A stretch of 64,000 bases of DNA from Piromyces finnis finn (lineage: Eukaryota; Fungi; Neocallimastigomycota), in assembly GCA_002104945.1 (NCBI GenBank), contig MCFH01000007.1, forward strand, positions 1,183,294-1,247,293. The letters run 5' to 3'. The notes beneath the pieces are model-generated. The model was not told the DNA's origin and made no database searches. It worked only from the letters and a program-made list of their open reading frames with translations. Position 1 is the stretch's first letter, and each line of letters starts with the position of its first letter. Positions 35,905 through 49,552 of this stretch are shown here, in pieces. A program made the translations under genes and the position numbers.

Positions 35905-36889
35905 TGAAAAGTTAAAAATAATCAAATATATTGTAAAATCTAAAATCTCATAATTCAATCTTATCAAAAAAATAAAATACTATGAAATTTATAATTAAAA
36001 TTTCATCATTAATAAAATATACATAATAATAAATTTTTCATAATTAATTTCAAAATTATTAATAATTATTAATAATTTTCGAACTTTCATCAATTAATAA
36101 TTGATTTTTTATTATAATTAAACATAGACGTTACACAAAGATATTTAATTGAAAAAATAATTTTAAAAAAGGAAACCAATAAAATTAAAGAAAATTATTT
36201 CTTTAAAAATTAAAAAATAATCAAGTAAAAAATAAGAAAGAAACATTTGAATTATTAAAATACACTTTTAATCATATTTACTTAAAAAGTTTTATATGTA
36301 TTATCAGTGCTTTTGTTATTATTACATATACTTTAACATCTGTTTTTTTTGTTTTCTATCCTTCATTTTATCTATAATATGAAATAAAAATATATAATAA
36401 ATTTAAAAATATATTTAATAATTTTTAAATAAGGATTGATTAAATTTAGATAAAATGGTACAATCTTTTTATTTAATTCTTCAAATAATATAATATTTTT
36501 TACTTCATTGAAGAGACAAAAAAATAATATAAATATCACATAAATTCTTTATTTTAAAATAATAAGAAAAAGAAAAGAAATTAAGAATATATTGATATCT
36601 TTTAATATTTTAATAAATCGAATAAATAAGCATATTATTTAAAAAGTTTATTCCCAAAAAGAAATTGTATTCTGTATTTTTTTATATCTTGAATGTCCAA
36701 TTATCAAAAATAATAAATCCTTTTAAATATTTTACCTTTTCTATATATATAATAAAAGCCAATAAACTGTTGGACGCAAACATAAATAAATATAATTCAT
36801 TTATTTATTAATATATGAATTATAACAAAATTTAATTAATAACAAAATTCATTAAAACATTTAAAAATATAAGTATTAATTTTTATTAA

Positions 36890-38940
36890 ATGGAAAGATT
36901 TTTTAATTTAAATCAAATCAACGTTCAGAATAATATAATTGAAAAAAGAAAACCTACAATAAGGATATTAGTACAAATAGACGAAAATCATTTAGAAAAT
37001 AATGTAATATCATTTAAAGATTTATTTCAAAATAGTACCTACATTCACAAAAAAAATAGCAATAAGAATAAAAGTATCAAACAAGAAAATTTTGGAAAAA
37101 GTCATAATATTTCTCCAGAAAATAAAATAGGTAATTCAGTTTCAATTAGTAATTCAAATAATGAAATAAATAATTACAATAAATGTCCTACAGACACCAG
37201 TATTAATATTGAAAATAATATAATTCAAACTTTTGAAAATAAAAAAAATAAATTGAATGCAAATTCATTAATTCCTAAAAAAAATCAATATAAAATAAAC
37301 AATTTAAATTTATTTATTGAATCAGAGGAGAGAATAGATTATAATAATGAAATAATTAATATTGAAAAATATAATAATGATGAAGATGAAGAAGACGATG
37401 ATGTTTTAAAAGGCATAAGGAAATTTAAGCAAAAAAAAAGAATAAGTAATATTGAAGAAACACATGAAAAGGACGAAAAAAATACTGAAGAAATAAAACC
37501 GCTTGAATATGAAAAACTTAAACAGCAAGAGAATAAAGACGAATATATTAATGAAATTGAAAATATAATAATTAATAATAAGCCATTAGATATCAAAAGA
37601 GCATTGTATTTACGTGAAATAATAGAAAAAGAAAAATATACGGAATTAAAAAAACAAGTAAATATAAGCTAAATTTTAAATTGACTAAATATTATTATTA
37701 TTATTTACAAAGTACGTTTATAATATATTAATAACATATAATATACCATATAAAAGATGTCTAATTGGAAAAAACGTAAATTCTATGAATATGATAAAAA
37801 TGATCCATTTATTGATGATAGTGAAGATTATATTATATACAATTCATCAAAATTACAGAAAATTGAAAAACAAAATTTTGTAGTATGGTCAGGAATATAT
37901 GGAAAGCATAAAAGGTTTCATTAAACTTTTATATTAAAAGAATATAAAAATAATAAATATAATATTAATATTAGGTTTTTAATAATTTTTAAATTTTATA
38001 TTTTGTTTTAAATATCAAAATAGAAAAAGAAATACAAAAATTAAGCCATTAGAAAATGATATTAAAGTTTCGAAAAATGAAAACAATAAAGTAAATAAAA
38101 TTGAACTGGTAAAACTATTCTTTTTCTTCTTATATAATATTGTTATTATATTATTATGTAGATTCAAATCATTAAATTTTAATTTACAATATATATATAT
38201 ATATCAGTTACAGATACCGAGTACATTATACCCATTAGATCCAAAATTAGAAATACATATGAAACAATTAAAAAATCAATCTGATAAATGTATGTACTAA
38301 TGTAAAATTTACATTATTTTTTTTATATTAGTATTAGTGTTGTTAGTGTTAACATTGTATTATTGTATTATTGTTTTTTCTTTTAATAATTGTTTTAAAT
38401 TGTTATTAAAATATAATTTTATTGGGAAATATAGGCAATTGGAATAGTTTTGAATCATTACCCGAAACATTACTACCAGTTTTGAAAAAGGTATTAAAAT
38501 TAGCAGATAAATATAACCAACTAAATATGAATTTTTATGGACATCTTAGACTTATTCTGAAAAATAAATTTAATGAAGATATTAATTATCTGAAGGTAAA
38601 TATATGAAAACTAATAATAAATATATAAAAATAAACATTTAATAATTATAATTATATAAAATTTTATTTGAATCAAGAATTTTATTGAAAAAGTTGTATT
38701 AGAGGAAAAAATATTAAATTTAACAAACGAACAAAGAATGCATATACAAGCATTAAAAAAAATTATTGATCAATATAGAATTAATATTGTAAGTTAAAAC
38801 TTTAAAACAAAAAATATATATATTATATTAAAAATAATAAAAAATATATTAATATTTTTATTACCAAATAAATACAATATTTATTGAAATATAAAAGAAC
38901 AAAAATTGTATAAAATTAAACAATCATGAATCAAAAAATG

Positions 38941-39015
<75 letters not shown>

Positions 39016-41633
39016 GTAATAAGGATGATATTTTTTTTTCAAATACAAATATTAATAATAATAAGATAAAAAAAGCAATAAATATTCCAATAAAATTTTC
39101 ATGGGATAAGTATTCAAGAATAGCTTTATTTAATATTATTAAACTAAGTCTGGATAAAGAAATATTAATTTCAAAAGAGCAAGCATTAGATTCAAAAATT
39201 CAAAGAAATAGGAATAAAATTGTTATAAAAAAAATGTGTGAGGATTTGATTCCTTTATGGCCTGAATCTACAATGAAAGTAATTACACTTATACGTGAAT
39301 ATAAATATGCTAAATATAAAAAAGAAAAAATGGAATCACGTTTCGTACAAAAAAAAAGTAAATTCAGAAAAGATAATACTTCATTAAATAATATTTATGT
39401 AATTAAAATCATTGAAAAATCAAAACAACAAAATGATGATCTTATTTTACCAAAATTTATTAAATCAACATCAATATGTTATCCTAATCATGATAAGTAT
39501 TATCAAAGAAGTGTAAAGGAAATTAATAACAATACTCAAAATATAATACGGAATGAAACTGAAGAAAATAATATTGAAGACTATAGTAATAAAAATAATA
39601 AAAATATGTGTTGTAAAAAGCCAGTTTCAATAAATAAATTTAATGAATTGATAAATCATAATCAATTATTATCATGTAAATTAAAAAATAAATCAAATTA
39701 TCAATTTGATGAAAAAATTGAAAATTTGAGTCAGGAGAGTGATAAACTTGAAATTAAGAATAATGATAGTATAAATAGAAATAAAAAATTCTTTGATATG
39801 AATATATCAAGAAAAGAGAAAGAAAATGATATATCTCAAAGTTTAAGTTTGGATTATGAAAATTCATCTGATTTTAACACAAATTATAACCCAAGAATAA
39901 ATCAAAAATTAGAAAGGAATAATTCAATAGAAATTGGCAAAAAGCAAAATAAAAATAAATTTGAAAATCAAAACTCAGATGATAATATTTCAAAAATTTT
40001 AGAAATATTGAAAATAGAAATAAATCAATTGAAAGATATTATATATTTTTTACAAAATCATACAGATTTAGATGTTTCAGATTCAAAATTGATTTTCCTT
40101 TCCTCGCTAAAAGATTATTTCAATATGATTCTAAATAAGATTTTAAATCATTCTGAAAACGGAAATTCTTTATTTAATCTTTTTGATCTTATTCTCTCAA
40201 TAAATCCAAAAAAAAGATCTAAAACAATGAGTTTGAAACGATCAATATTAAAACCAAAATGTTTATTGTCAAATACAAAAAAGATAGTATTATCTAAATC
40301 AGAAGATAAAAATCAAATGAAATCTGAATTACCAAGCAATGATAAAAGAGCTATGCATATTATTAACAAATTATCAAGTAAAATTAATTACAAAAGTGAG
40401 GATCTATCAATAAAATCTATTAAACCAGTAATTAATATAAGTCCTTCAAAAAACATTTCTTTAAAAAGAAAACCTTCAGAAATAATTAACTCACCATTAA
40501 AAAAAATAGTTAAAGTATCTAATAATAAAGAATCAATAAATAATGAAATAATAAAGCATAATTCTAACCAAGAACATACTGAAAATTTTATTAAAGATGA
40601 TTTAATTAATTCATATAATATAAAATGTAATTTAAATAAAGTAAGTAATTCAAATGGTGATAAAATAAATCAAAAGGAAATTAAAGAAGCTTCAAAGAAA
40701 GAAAATGGTCTAAATAAAATAAACCAAGAAGGAATTAAAGAAATTACCAAAAACGATAACAGTTCAAATAAAATAATCCATGAAAATATTTTAATGAAAA
40801 TTAACAATTTAAATAAAAAAAGTGTTTCAAGGGGAATTAAAAATGAAAATAAAACAGCAAGTTTTGAATTACAAGAAATATTTCCAGAAGGACAAATTTT
40901 GAAAAAAGATAATATGAATCTTAAAAATGGGCCTAAACCGAGAGCCTTTAGTAGAAGGAAACCTGTACAAAATAAATTGCCAGTGACTAATATTAATAAT
41001 AGAAATATATATTCAAATAAATCTATTATTTCTTTTTCCTCCTCTGATAAAAATAATAATAGCGATAGCGATAATGTTAATATTAATAATAAGGTAAAAG
41101 AGCATTATATTCTACCGTTACCAAAATCCAAAGTAACTACGACAAGTAATAATTCATCATTACATCATTTAAATTCAATGTCATTTTCCTCATCAAAAAA
41201 AAATAGTACAGTTACACTTAATGAAATTAAAAATGAAATTAAGATTCCTATAACGTCGATATCACATAAGCTTAATGAATCTCAATCAAATAAAATATCA
41301 AATAGTATTTATAAACCAAATTCTTCTATATCAGATATAATTAATATTGTTAAATCTAATGATTCACCGCCTAAACTTAACTTAAAATCTAATAAAGCAA
41401 ATAAAAATAAAAATTTTGATTTAACATATGAAATCATTTCAAAAAAAAGTGGATCTCTTGATAAAATATCCGTTGAACGTAATTTTCCATCCTCTATAGC
41501 AAGTAGTAAAATAGATTCCCACTCAGAAAATTGTTTAAATTTAAAAAAAGTTAATAAAAATAATGGCTCTGAACCCAACCGATTAGATATTATTATAAAT
41601 AAATACGGAATACTTAAAAAAAAACATCAATAG
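36890..41633 (+). CDS. Hpc2/ubinuclein-like HIRA-complex histone chaperone subunit, multi-exon, with long N/K/S-rich C-terminus
   Basis: HUN-domain signature YEYDKNDPFIDDSED near 37785-37830, N-terminal TIRILVQI..VISFKDL, and ubinuclein middle-domain-like LPETLLPVL, KFSWDKYSR and DLIPLWPESTM. The ORFs at 36890, 38422 and 39234 are exons of this one gene. Confidence 0.75.
38943..39014 (+). repeat. (AAT)24 microsatellite encoding poly-Asn in the ubinuclein-like gene
   Basis: In frame with the downstream ORF at 39234 when read from the acceptor near 38898. Confidence 0.8.
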
Positions 41634-41756
41634 TAACAATTATTCACCAAAATAAAGGAATGGAATTCATAATAACTAAATAAATGTATATGTATATATA
41701 TATAATTTTATTTAAAAAAGAAAAAAATATGATATATTTGTAAAATAATTATAAAT

Positions 41757-41863
<107 letters not shown>

Positions 41864-42127
41864 ATATAATTTGTACAACACTAAATAAAATTAAAATTTT
41901 CTTAAAATTTAATATTTCAATAAATATTATTTTTTTACTACTTGTTATAACATTTTAAACATAAATTTAAAAATATATACCACATGTTTATAATGAAATA
42001 AAAGCAAATTTTATTTGTTTTAAAAAATTAAATTAAATTAAATTACAAAATTTTTAAACATTATATATTTCTATTTTTATTTTTATTTTTATTTTGTATA
42101 TATGTTATTAATTTTATATGATTTATT

Positions 42128-45100
42128 ATGAGTTTTGGTGGACATTCATACAATTTTGATGTATTTAATACCAATCAAAAGAATAAAAATGGATTTAGTT
42201 ATTCTAAAAGGTCTCCTTTTCAAAGGATAGATAATATGGATATTGATATACCTTCAAAAAATGAAAATTCTTTTCCATATCAATTCAATTCAATGAATAC
42301 AAATTACCAAAATTTTCATCCTAATAATCCCTTTCAAAAAGAAATTCATCCTTTGAGTTTTCAAAATTCCTCAAATTATATAAAAACTAACACAGTATTT
42401 AATTCAGAAAATAAATCAAACAACCAATTTCATTTTTCAAAAAATACTGAAACTCAGAACTTCTCAATTATTTCCAATAAAAATAATAATTCAAATTTCT
42501 CAACAAATAAACGTATTAAATTTTCAATTGATAAATCCACAAGTTCTTTTCCAAACTCATTAAATTGGAATTTTCAAAAGCAAAGACAAGACAATATTAA
42601 GGATACATTTAAAACACCAGCAAGTCTGAATTCTAATTTTCAAAGAAATAATTCAAGTGTTAGTAAATTTAACATTTACACTATCAATAGACAAAATGAT
42701 ATTCTCTCTTCAAATAAATCATTAGAACATTCATTTTTAATAAGGCAACAGGAGCGTATAGCTATAAGAGAAAATAATAATAGCAATGGTAATTATATAT
42801 ACAATAGTAGTAATTTCAAAATACAATTAATAATAGGTTAATATTTATTCTAATATTCAATTTTATATAAGTTATTCAGAAATTTTCATATATAAATTAT
42901 ATTTTGAAAAAAATAAAAAATATATTAAATATACCACTAAAATTACGTAAGTTATATATAATACAATTTTAAATGTTTATTATACAAAACCATAACTAAA
43001 AAATATAAATATTTAAAAATTATATTTAATCAAAGTTAATCTATCTTTAAATATTAATTGGAGTTTAATATTTGCTATTATTGTGACGACTTTAATATTT
43101 TATTTAAATGATAGTCCAGGAATGATTATAAAGAAATTTTTACAGCAATATAATATTAATTTTAAAAGTGAAAATTTTATAAATATAGGAATTACTTTTT
43201 TATTAATAATAATATTTTGTAAGTATTATTAATATGTGATATTTATTAAACATATTAATTACTGATATTAACTATATTAATTGTTCATATACTTCTTAGG
43301 GAGTCAGGGAAAAAAAATATTAAATTCTACAATAAATTATATATTAGTAATAACAGTTGGAGTTTTTATTATTAACACTCTATTTATAAAGCCAAGTATA
43401 ATTTATAATTTCGATAATAATAATAAAAATCTATTAAATATTGATAAAAGTAGTGATTTATTGAATTTAAATTTAAAGACATACAATGAATATTTTAGTA
43501 AGTTGAATTTTAAATTCATACATTTAGTTTATTAATTATTTTGTTTTATTATTATTATAAAATATTAATCTTATTTTATGAATTTCATTATTTGTTAATA
43601 ATAGATAATTTTATTCATAATAACTATATCAGTAGTTTAATTGATTTCATAATTTACAAACCAATAAGAAGAAATGAAGATAGAAGAAAAATAAAGAATA
43701 TAGAAAAAAAGTTATTAAAATTTGAAAATAATATCAAAATTATAAAAAGTCGTCTTAATTATAAATCAAATAGAATTCATGAAATTTCGAAAATTCATGA
43801 AGATAATAAAAACTCATTTGAGATTATTAATTACTATCTAACTATTTATGAAAATATATTTAAATATAATTCCTTACATTTGGAACAACAAAAAGCCATA
43901 TTAAAACAAATTGAGAATAATTTTAATTATCAGTTTGAAAACATTATAAATACAAGAAAAAAACTAGATAATCTTTCAAAGAAAATTGATGATTTATTTT
44001 CCAAATCCAGAAACATGCTCAATAATGAAATTGGTAATGTCGAAGAAGATAAAATATCTTTTATTGAAAATTACATAAGAGAACTGGATAATTTATTTCC
44101 TCCACAAATTTTAATTACTTGGAATCAAAATAATAACGAAATTGAGTTTTCGACTGATCTTTATAATACTATTGGTCAGCGCTATTTCTCAAAAAAGGTA
44201 AAAAAAAAATGATTTCAAAATAAAAAATAATAATAATAATGATAATAATAATACCGAAACTTATTATTAATATATTATAACTATTATTTATTATTATTTA
44301 TTGTCTTTGTTATTAACTGTTGTTGTTTTTATTACTTTTTTAAATAGGATTATAATAAACATTTCAATGTACAATATCCAATTGCTCCTACCCTTCCATT
44401 AAAAGAGTTTTTATGGAAAAATAAAGAATTAGTTGAAGATTTAATGTTAAAAAATTTTAATACGTATACTAGCAAGAAATCGGAAATAATAATTCAATTA
44501 AAAGAAAATATTGATTATTTTCGAAAACAATTTAAAAACAATGAAAATATCATATTGAGTTCTATAGACAAAAATGAATTTTTAAATTCAATTAAATCTT
44601 TTATTATTTCAGATGTAAAAAATAGAATTAAAGAAAAAGAAAGAAATCATTCATTACAAAAATATAATCAATATTCAACTCATTCTATTCCTGATTATTC
44701 AACTGCTTTATATGGAGCATCCATAATTGAATCATTAACCACCAAAACTCAACCAATTACTAGTGAAAATCATATGATTAATAGATTGCACATTATTAAT
44801 AATCCACCACTTTTAGCATTAGAAAATTCATTATTACCAAATAGCTGTTGGGCAATGAAAGGTATTTTAATAATATTTGATTTAAGCACTTTTTTTTTTT
44901 TTCCTATAATCATTTAATTTTCTTATATATGCATTTATATAATATTCTGATCTTTTCTAATTAAAATTTTATATACAGGAACAAGCGGTTCAATAGGTAT
45001 TGAACTTTCACATTTTATATATCCAACATCCATTACAATTGAACATTTACCATCATGGAATACACGAGATCCAATGTCTGCTCCAAGATCAATGACGCTT

Positions 45101-45511
45101 GTTGCAATTTCAGGAAGTCAAAACGTTCTAAAAAAAATAGATAGTAATAGAATAAAGAATATTAATGAAATTAAAAGCAGCAGCAACAACAATAATATTA
45201 ATAATCAGTTTTTAAACCAAAATGAAGAAATAGAAAACCATAAAATAAATATTAAACAATATTTAAAAAAAGTTGAATTTCCATTAATATTAGGTACATT
45301 TCAATATAATATAAGTGGACCCCAATCCTCACAAACATTTCCATTAAATCAAAATGCAATAAATCGACTTAAACTTTATGACACGAAAATAAATAAAGTT
45401 CAACTTCAAATACATAATAATTGGGGTAATGAAAATTACACATGTATATATAGAATTCGGATACATGGTGATGAACCTCAAACGTCACAATCACCATTAA
45501 TGCCATTATAA
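42128..45511 (+). CDS. SUN-domain (Sad1/UNC-84) nuclear envelope protein, multi-exon
   Basis: N-terminal low-complexity region, TM segment (YILVITVGVFIINTLFI), coiled coil, then SUN motifs PDYSTALYGASII, LLPNSCWAMKG|TSGSIGIEL..PTSITIEH, SAPRSM, LGTFQY, QTFPL and NNWGNENYTCIYRIRIHG. Confidence 0.9.
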
Positions 45512-45740
45512 TTTTACCATTTTACTATAATCCATTTTTGGCTTTAATTATTTAAATAAAATTGGATATTTAAAAAGAAAAATATAAAAAAATAAAAAAT
45601 AAATAAATAAATAAAAATAATATTTTTTATAATATTTTGATATTTTTAAAATTTTATAATTTTACATTATTCTTTAAATAATTTATATTTTACTTTATTT
45701 TTTTTTTTTTTTTTTTTAGCTTTTAATCCATATATATTTT

Positions 45741-45779
45741 GTTTGTTTGTTTTGTTTTGTTTTGTTTTGTTTTGTTTTG

Positions 45780-45810
<31 letters not shown>

Positions 45811-45811
45811 T
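45741..45811. repeat. (GTTTT)n microsatellite
   Basis: Directly visible array between the convergent SUN and AKTIP-like gene ends. Confidence 0.9.
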
Positions 45812-46045
45812 AATTTTTGACTTTGTCTTTAATTAGTTAGTACTTAATATTTTATAAAAGGAAATTTATAAAATTGTTATGTTATATATTCTATACAGTA
45901 TTACAAAATATCCTTCCATAATAATATTATTATAAGTGAATTTATTATCATTTAAATATATATATTCCATTATTAAATATTGAAAAGAAAAAATTTTTTT
46001 TTCGATTTTTGAAAAAATGAGGATTTATAACAATAAAGATAAATA

Positions 46046-47554
46046 TTATTTTCTACCATCAATAGCACATTTAAAACGATAAACAATTTCATCTATATTT
46101 GTTCTTTCATCTAAAATTGACATATCGTTCTAAAATTATATATATATATATAATCATTAAGATTTTCTATTTGTGTGTTTGAAAATATTTATAACAAAAT
46201 AAAATAAAATAAAAACTTACATAAATTTCTAAAATTTGTTTCTTGTTCTTCTCAAATTGCTCATCATTTATTTTTTGAAACTTGATAGATTCACTTGTTG
46301 GATTGTTTTCATATAAAACTTCATCGGAAATAGAATTATCAACACAATCCTTTACAAGCTTTAGGAAAAATTCTTGATTATTATTATATCTAAAAATAAT
46401 TTAAATCGAATTTAAAAATACATTTTAATCTTCTTAAAATATCTAATATATTAAAAAAAAAAAAAAAAAATTACGTTTCCCAAGCATGTTGATTTGAAAT
46501 CTTATCACTTTGAAATTCTAAAAATGTTCCTTCGTTACTTAAAGCATCATTTAAAACATAAAGTAACTTTAAAACAGAATGTTTAATATTAATGCTTTTG
46601 TTATATATTGGATTGAAATAACCAACTTTATTGACTAATGGATGATAAATATGTGTGTTAAACTGAATAACAGGATTAGCATTTCTATCCGTATTTATAT
46701 TGAATCACATAATTAAAATTAAAGGTTAAGGCAACTAAATATTTTATATAACTTATTTAATATATTACAATGTTAATAAAAAATATGAAAAGGATATTCA
46801 GAGAATCTAACATTGAACTTAAATACACCTCCTTTGTAAAAACCTTCGTGAATGAATATTACACCTACCCATTCTATTAAATAATAAATCCATATAATTT
46901 TAATTATTAAAAATTGTATTATTTTAATTAAATTCTAATAATTAATATTGAATATAATAATATAATTTGAAGAAGAAAAAGAAAGAAAGCTTATTTACTG
47001 TAAATATCATTTGATTGATAAATAAAAATATTTTTACATTTTAAATTTGTTAAATTTTTTCTATTAATTAAGATTATGTGAAAATAGTGAAAAGTTTTTA
47101 AATATAATAAAATAACATTAGTACATTTTTATACTTTAATTGAATTTTTATGAAAAAAAAAAAATAATAATAACAATTTAAATTTAATAATATATATTTT
47201 AAATAATAATATTTCGTTATATTTATGTTTAATGAAAAACTTACAATTCCATTAAAATGTCATTTCTTCTAATTAAATTAGTAAAAGTTGTTTCATTATT
47301 ATTGTTTCCATGAACAATAGTTCCTGAAATTGTTCTTGGTGGAGGTGGTGGTGAATTTAATTGTAAATTATTCTGTAATTATTTAATTATTTTTTAACAT
47401 ATTAAAATGTAAAAATTAATAATATTATTAATTGTGTTATTAGTATATAATGTTTAAACCTTTATTTTATAATTTTTTAAGAAATATTATAGTAATTATC
47501 ATAAGAATTATAAAATAAAAAAAAATAATAAAATAAAAAATAAATTACATTCAT
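46046..47554 (-). CDS. AKTIP: AKTIP/Ft1 (FTS)-like ubiquitin E2 variant; 6-nt first coding exon; one U12-type intron
   Basis: Spliced: MN|NNLQLNSPPPPPRT...ILMEL|KNLTNLKCKNIFIYQSNDIYK|WVGVIFIHEGFYKGGVFKFNVRFSE|DRNANPVIQFNTHIYHPLVNKVG...HAWET|YNNNQEFFLKLVKDCVDNS...|...DGRK*. WxGVIFIxxGxYxxGVFKF and HPLV without the catalytic Cys match the AKTIP family. Confidence 0.8.
46691..46797 (-). other. U12-type (minor spliceosome) AT-AC intron, 107 nt
   Basis: On the minus strand the 5' end is ATATCCTTTT (46797 downward), a branch-like TGCCTTAAC lies at 46733-46725, and the 3' end is AC (46692-46691). Removal joins GA|G into a Glu codon and restores the frame. Confidence 0.88.
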
Positions 47555-48210
47555 GGTTATTTAACCTTTCTTCCAATATCAATATTTCTTACTATATTAA
47601 TGTTTCAAAGGTTTTCCAAAATAATTTAATTTAATATCAATAAAATGTTTATAAAATTATTACTAATTATTACTATATAATAATAAGAGTTATTACAAGC
47701 TGATTGTTATAATATACAATTTATTATTATTTAAATTTATTTTTGTTGTTATTTATTGTTTTTTTTTTTAATTTGTTATTGTTTTGATTGCTTTTTTTTA
47801 TTATTATTTTATAATTTTTGTTGTAAAATAAAAAATAAAAATTAAATATTATTTTTTATACTCTAAAATTATTTAATATTAAATTTTATTAATTATTAAA
47901 TTTAAAAATTTTGTTTTATTTTTTTAAAAATTATTAAGTTTGTGTTACATTAAAGTATATCATTAACACCAAATTTGAAAATTTAGATTTATACTACTTT
48001 TCAATTCTATAACAAAATAACTATTTCTATCTTCCATTCCATCTAAAGTATATAATAATAAAATAACAATAATCTTATAATAGTTACATTATATTATTAA
48101 TTAAAATTATCTATTTATCTATTTAATCATAAGCCCCCATTTTAATAATAAAATTATCAATGAACAGTATGATTTTTTTCATAGTAAAACTATAGTTTAA
48201 CTAATTTTCA

Positions 48211-48214
<4 letters not shown>

Positions 48215-48268
<54 letters not shown>
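48215..48268. repeat. (ATT)n microsatellite
   Basis: Directly visible intergenic trinucleotide array. Confidence 0.9.
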
Positions 48269-48270
<2 letters not shown>

Positions 48271-49112
48271 TTTAACTATTCATTTTATAATATAATAGTC
48301 ATCATAGAATCAATATTTTTAATTTTTTAAACTACTATATAAAAGTAATAATTATAAATTCTATTTTGATATAATATTTAATATGTTTTAATCATAATAT
48401 CTTTCTTTGGTAAATATAAAATATTAATAATCCATTAAAAAGTATCCTATATTCTTTATTTATTGAAAAGAAAATTATAAATTAGTTTTTATAATAAGCA
48501 TATTTTCTAAGAGCTACTCATTAATATATATAAAATGTAATAATTTATATTTTTTCTAATTTCATTTTCATAATTAATTTTTTCTACTTATGATTTTATA
48601 AAAATGAAAGATTTTTTTCCACAAAAATTAAAGGTTTAGATTTTAATATTTAAAACCTTTCTTGTTTTTATTTTATTAATATTTTACTAATTTTTATTTA
48701 TAATATATCATATTTTTATTTCATTATTTATATTTTTAATGAATATATATTTAAATAAAATAAAATTATTGCCATTAGCTTAACACATTTCTTATATAAA
48801 AAAGATATTTTTTTATTAATAATATTTATTATACTATTGTTACTCAAATCTAACCTTTTGTGTAACTATTTATTGAATTTATATTTTTTAAATCAAAATA
48901 AATAAAAAAAATTATTAAATAAATATGTATATATGTAAATCTTTTTATTTACATTTACATATAGATTAAATGGGTATATTAAAAAGATTACTTAATATTA
49001 TTACTTTTTAAAATAAAAGTTTTGATAAATTACTACAAGATTAATAATTTAATTACAAAAATATGATATATTTTAAAAAAAATGTTTTTTTTGCATATTA
49101 CTTTTTCCTATT

Positions 49113-49552
49113 CTAACTCAATTTTAATTTTGGATTATCTATTAAAAGTTCAACAAATGGTTGCCAATCTGTATCGTTTCCTAAATTTATACTTTTAAAA
49201 AATGCACCAGCGGCTGCTTCAATTTGACCGGTATGTAGAAAAGAAAATGCAAGTAAGTGTTGACTTTCTCTTTTTGTTCTTTCATTACGTAATGCTGGTG
49301 TTATACATTCTATGACAGAATGATAATCTTCTAATTTATAAAATCCTCTTGCTGCATATAACCAACCAATAGAGTCTAAAATAATGAAAGTAACAAACAA
49401 TTAGTATATATATAATAATAAATATTTTAGTAATAGAATAATCAATTACATAATGTTTTTATATAAAATATACCTTTTGGACAAAAACCAATTTTTTCTT
49501 GTAATCTTTCTCTAACAGACTTTCTTTGTGCATTATAATCATCATCATTCAT
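49113..49552 (-). CDS. Small TPR-like helical protein (about 113 aa, 2 exons)
   Basis: MNDDDYNAQRKSVRERLQEKIGFCPK|DSIGWLYAARGFYKLEDYHSVIECITPAL...SQHLLAFSFLHTGQIEAAAGAFFKSINLG... shows TPR-like spacing. The GT-AG intron replaces the spurious start of the ORF-track entry. Confidence 0.65.
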
